Shown: positions 23,314 through 24,000 of the stretch, piece by piece | How the letters are laid out: every line of letters begins with the position of its first letter | How positions within the stretch are numbered: position 1 is the first letter of the stretch | Assembly: GCA_024762695.1 (NCBI GenBank) | Contig: JANTGY010000016.1 | Span: 1,475 to 25,474, forward strand | Direction: 5' to 3' | DNA from: Anaerolineae bacterium | Lineage (GTDB): Bacteria > Chloroflexota > Anaerolineae > Promineifilales > Promineifilaceae | DNA: 24,000 bases | Program-made: the position numbers and the translations under genes | Notes under the pieces: generated by a model | What the model was told of the DNA's origin: nothing | What the model saw: only the letters and a program-made list of their open reading frames with translations | The model's database searches: none

Positions 23314-24000
23314 CTATTTCTGCGGAATCTTTATAATCTGACCCACATCAATCCGCGTTACATCGGGGATATTATTGTAGGCGGCCAATTCCTCGGCGGT
23401 GAAGCCATAACGCAATCCAATGCGGAATAGATTCTCGCCAGACTGGACGATATGAACTTGCTCGCCGCTTTCCTCTTCTGTATCCGCTTCAGGCGGCGCT
23501 TCAGCGGCGGCGCCCGATTTAATGATTAGCTCTTGACCTACATCAAGCGAATCCAAATCCGAAATACCATTAGCGGCGGCAATATCAGCAATCGAAACAT
23601 CATACAATTCAGCGATGTAGCCCAGCGTCTCGCCAGATTGAACAACGTGAGTCGTGCCAACAGCGGTGTCCGGCGGTTCTTCGGCTGGGGCTTCGCCCCC
23701 GGCGTCTGGCGCGGCCTCTTCTGCCGGTTCATCTGCCACAGCGTCGCCGCCATCATCTACCGGTTCGTCCACAGCAGTCTCGTCAGCAGGAGCCTCGCTC
23801 GTATCGCCGGCATCAACCGCGTCAGTTCCCGCATCATCCACCGACGGCGCGGTGGGAATAATGATCGTTTCGCCTGTGGGAACAACGTCGGGCGATTCCG
23901 TTCCTTCGTCGCGCGGCACGGGGAGCACACAAGAAGAGAGCGCCAACACAAGTATGGCGCTGATAATGATCCAATGAAGTTTTAAGGGTAAGTGTTTCAT
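23314..24000 (-). CDS. lipoprotein with acidic linker and two LysM peptidoglycan-binding domains
   Basis: The ATG is the last three bases of the window. Signal peptide plus lipobox (LALSSC). LysM repeats HVVQSGETLGYIAELYDVSIADIAAANGI...VGQELII and HIVQSGENLFRIGLRYGFTAEELAAYNNI...VGQIIKIP. Confidence 0.8.
   Translation of the reverse strand: MKHLPLKLHWIIISAILVLALSSCVLPVPRDEGTESPDVVPTGETIIIPTAPSVDDAGTDAVDAGDTSEAPADETAVDEPVDDGGDAVADEPAEEAAPDAGGEAPAEEPPDTAVGTTHVVQSGETLGYIAELYDVSIADIAAANGISDLDSLDVGQELIIKSGAAAEAPPEADTEEESGEQVHIVQSGENLFRIGLRYGFTAEELAAYNNIPDVTRIDVGQIIKIPQK

Noticed and set aside
1-24000. tRNA, rRNA, tmRNA, RNase P and SRP RNA genes
   Set aside because: I scanned for T-loop GGTTCGAATCC-like boxes and for conserved cores of these RNAs, including within the 3304..3522 candidate, and found no match.

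Overview
Bacterial chromosomal window with 19 supportable CDSs and no rRNA, tRNA or CRISPR. Pro/Thr-rich linkers and beta-helix/Calx-beta surface proteins loosely suggest a Chloroflexota-like organism; that is a low-confidence inference. Gene content: trxA, an LLM-class oxidoreductase, an OsmC-family protein, a DmpA-type aminopeptidase, a soluble histidine kinase, a large membrane GGDEF+HD-GYP protein, an ABC exporter / SAM-methyltransferase / Asp-Glu racemase operon, a fused DeoB-DeoC, a beta-helix/3xCalx-beta protein with a small secreted partner, an rfbH(ddhC)-dcm-vsr operon, a NUDIX hydrolase and a LysM lipoprotein. The strongest signals are not genes. (1) By hand count the 8-bp palindrome ACGGCCGT occurs 48 times (about 2 per kb), in genes in all three frames and in spacers. 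That is roughly 100-fold above naive expectation and resembles cyanobacterial HIP1. The window also encodes an intact C5-cytosine methyltransferase, translationally coupled to a Vsr endonuclease, with no restriction enzyme beside it, which makes it a candidate driver of the palindrome. (2) A TA-flanked MITE of about 116 bp, built from two hairpins, is present in four copies that bracket two gene cassettes. (3) A 460-bp gene-free gap carries a near-consensus promoter, a long 5'/3' closing helix and a U-tract, suggesting a structured sRNA of about 220 nt. (4) A candidate c-di-GMP module: a histidine kinase with MshEN-like tandem motifs sits beside a GGDEF/HD-GYP protein with two membrane modules. 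(5) Two adjacent secreted proteins share an extreme C-terminal FLPxxxR tail. All counts and alignments were done by eye, with no database searches.
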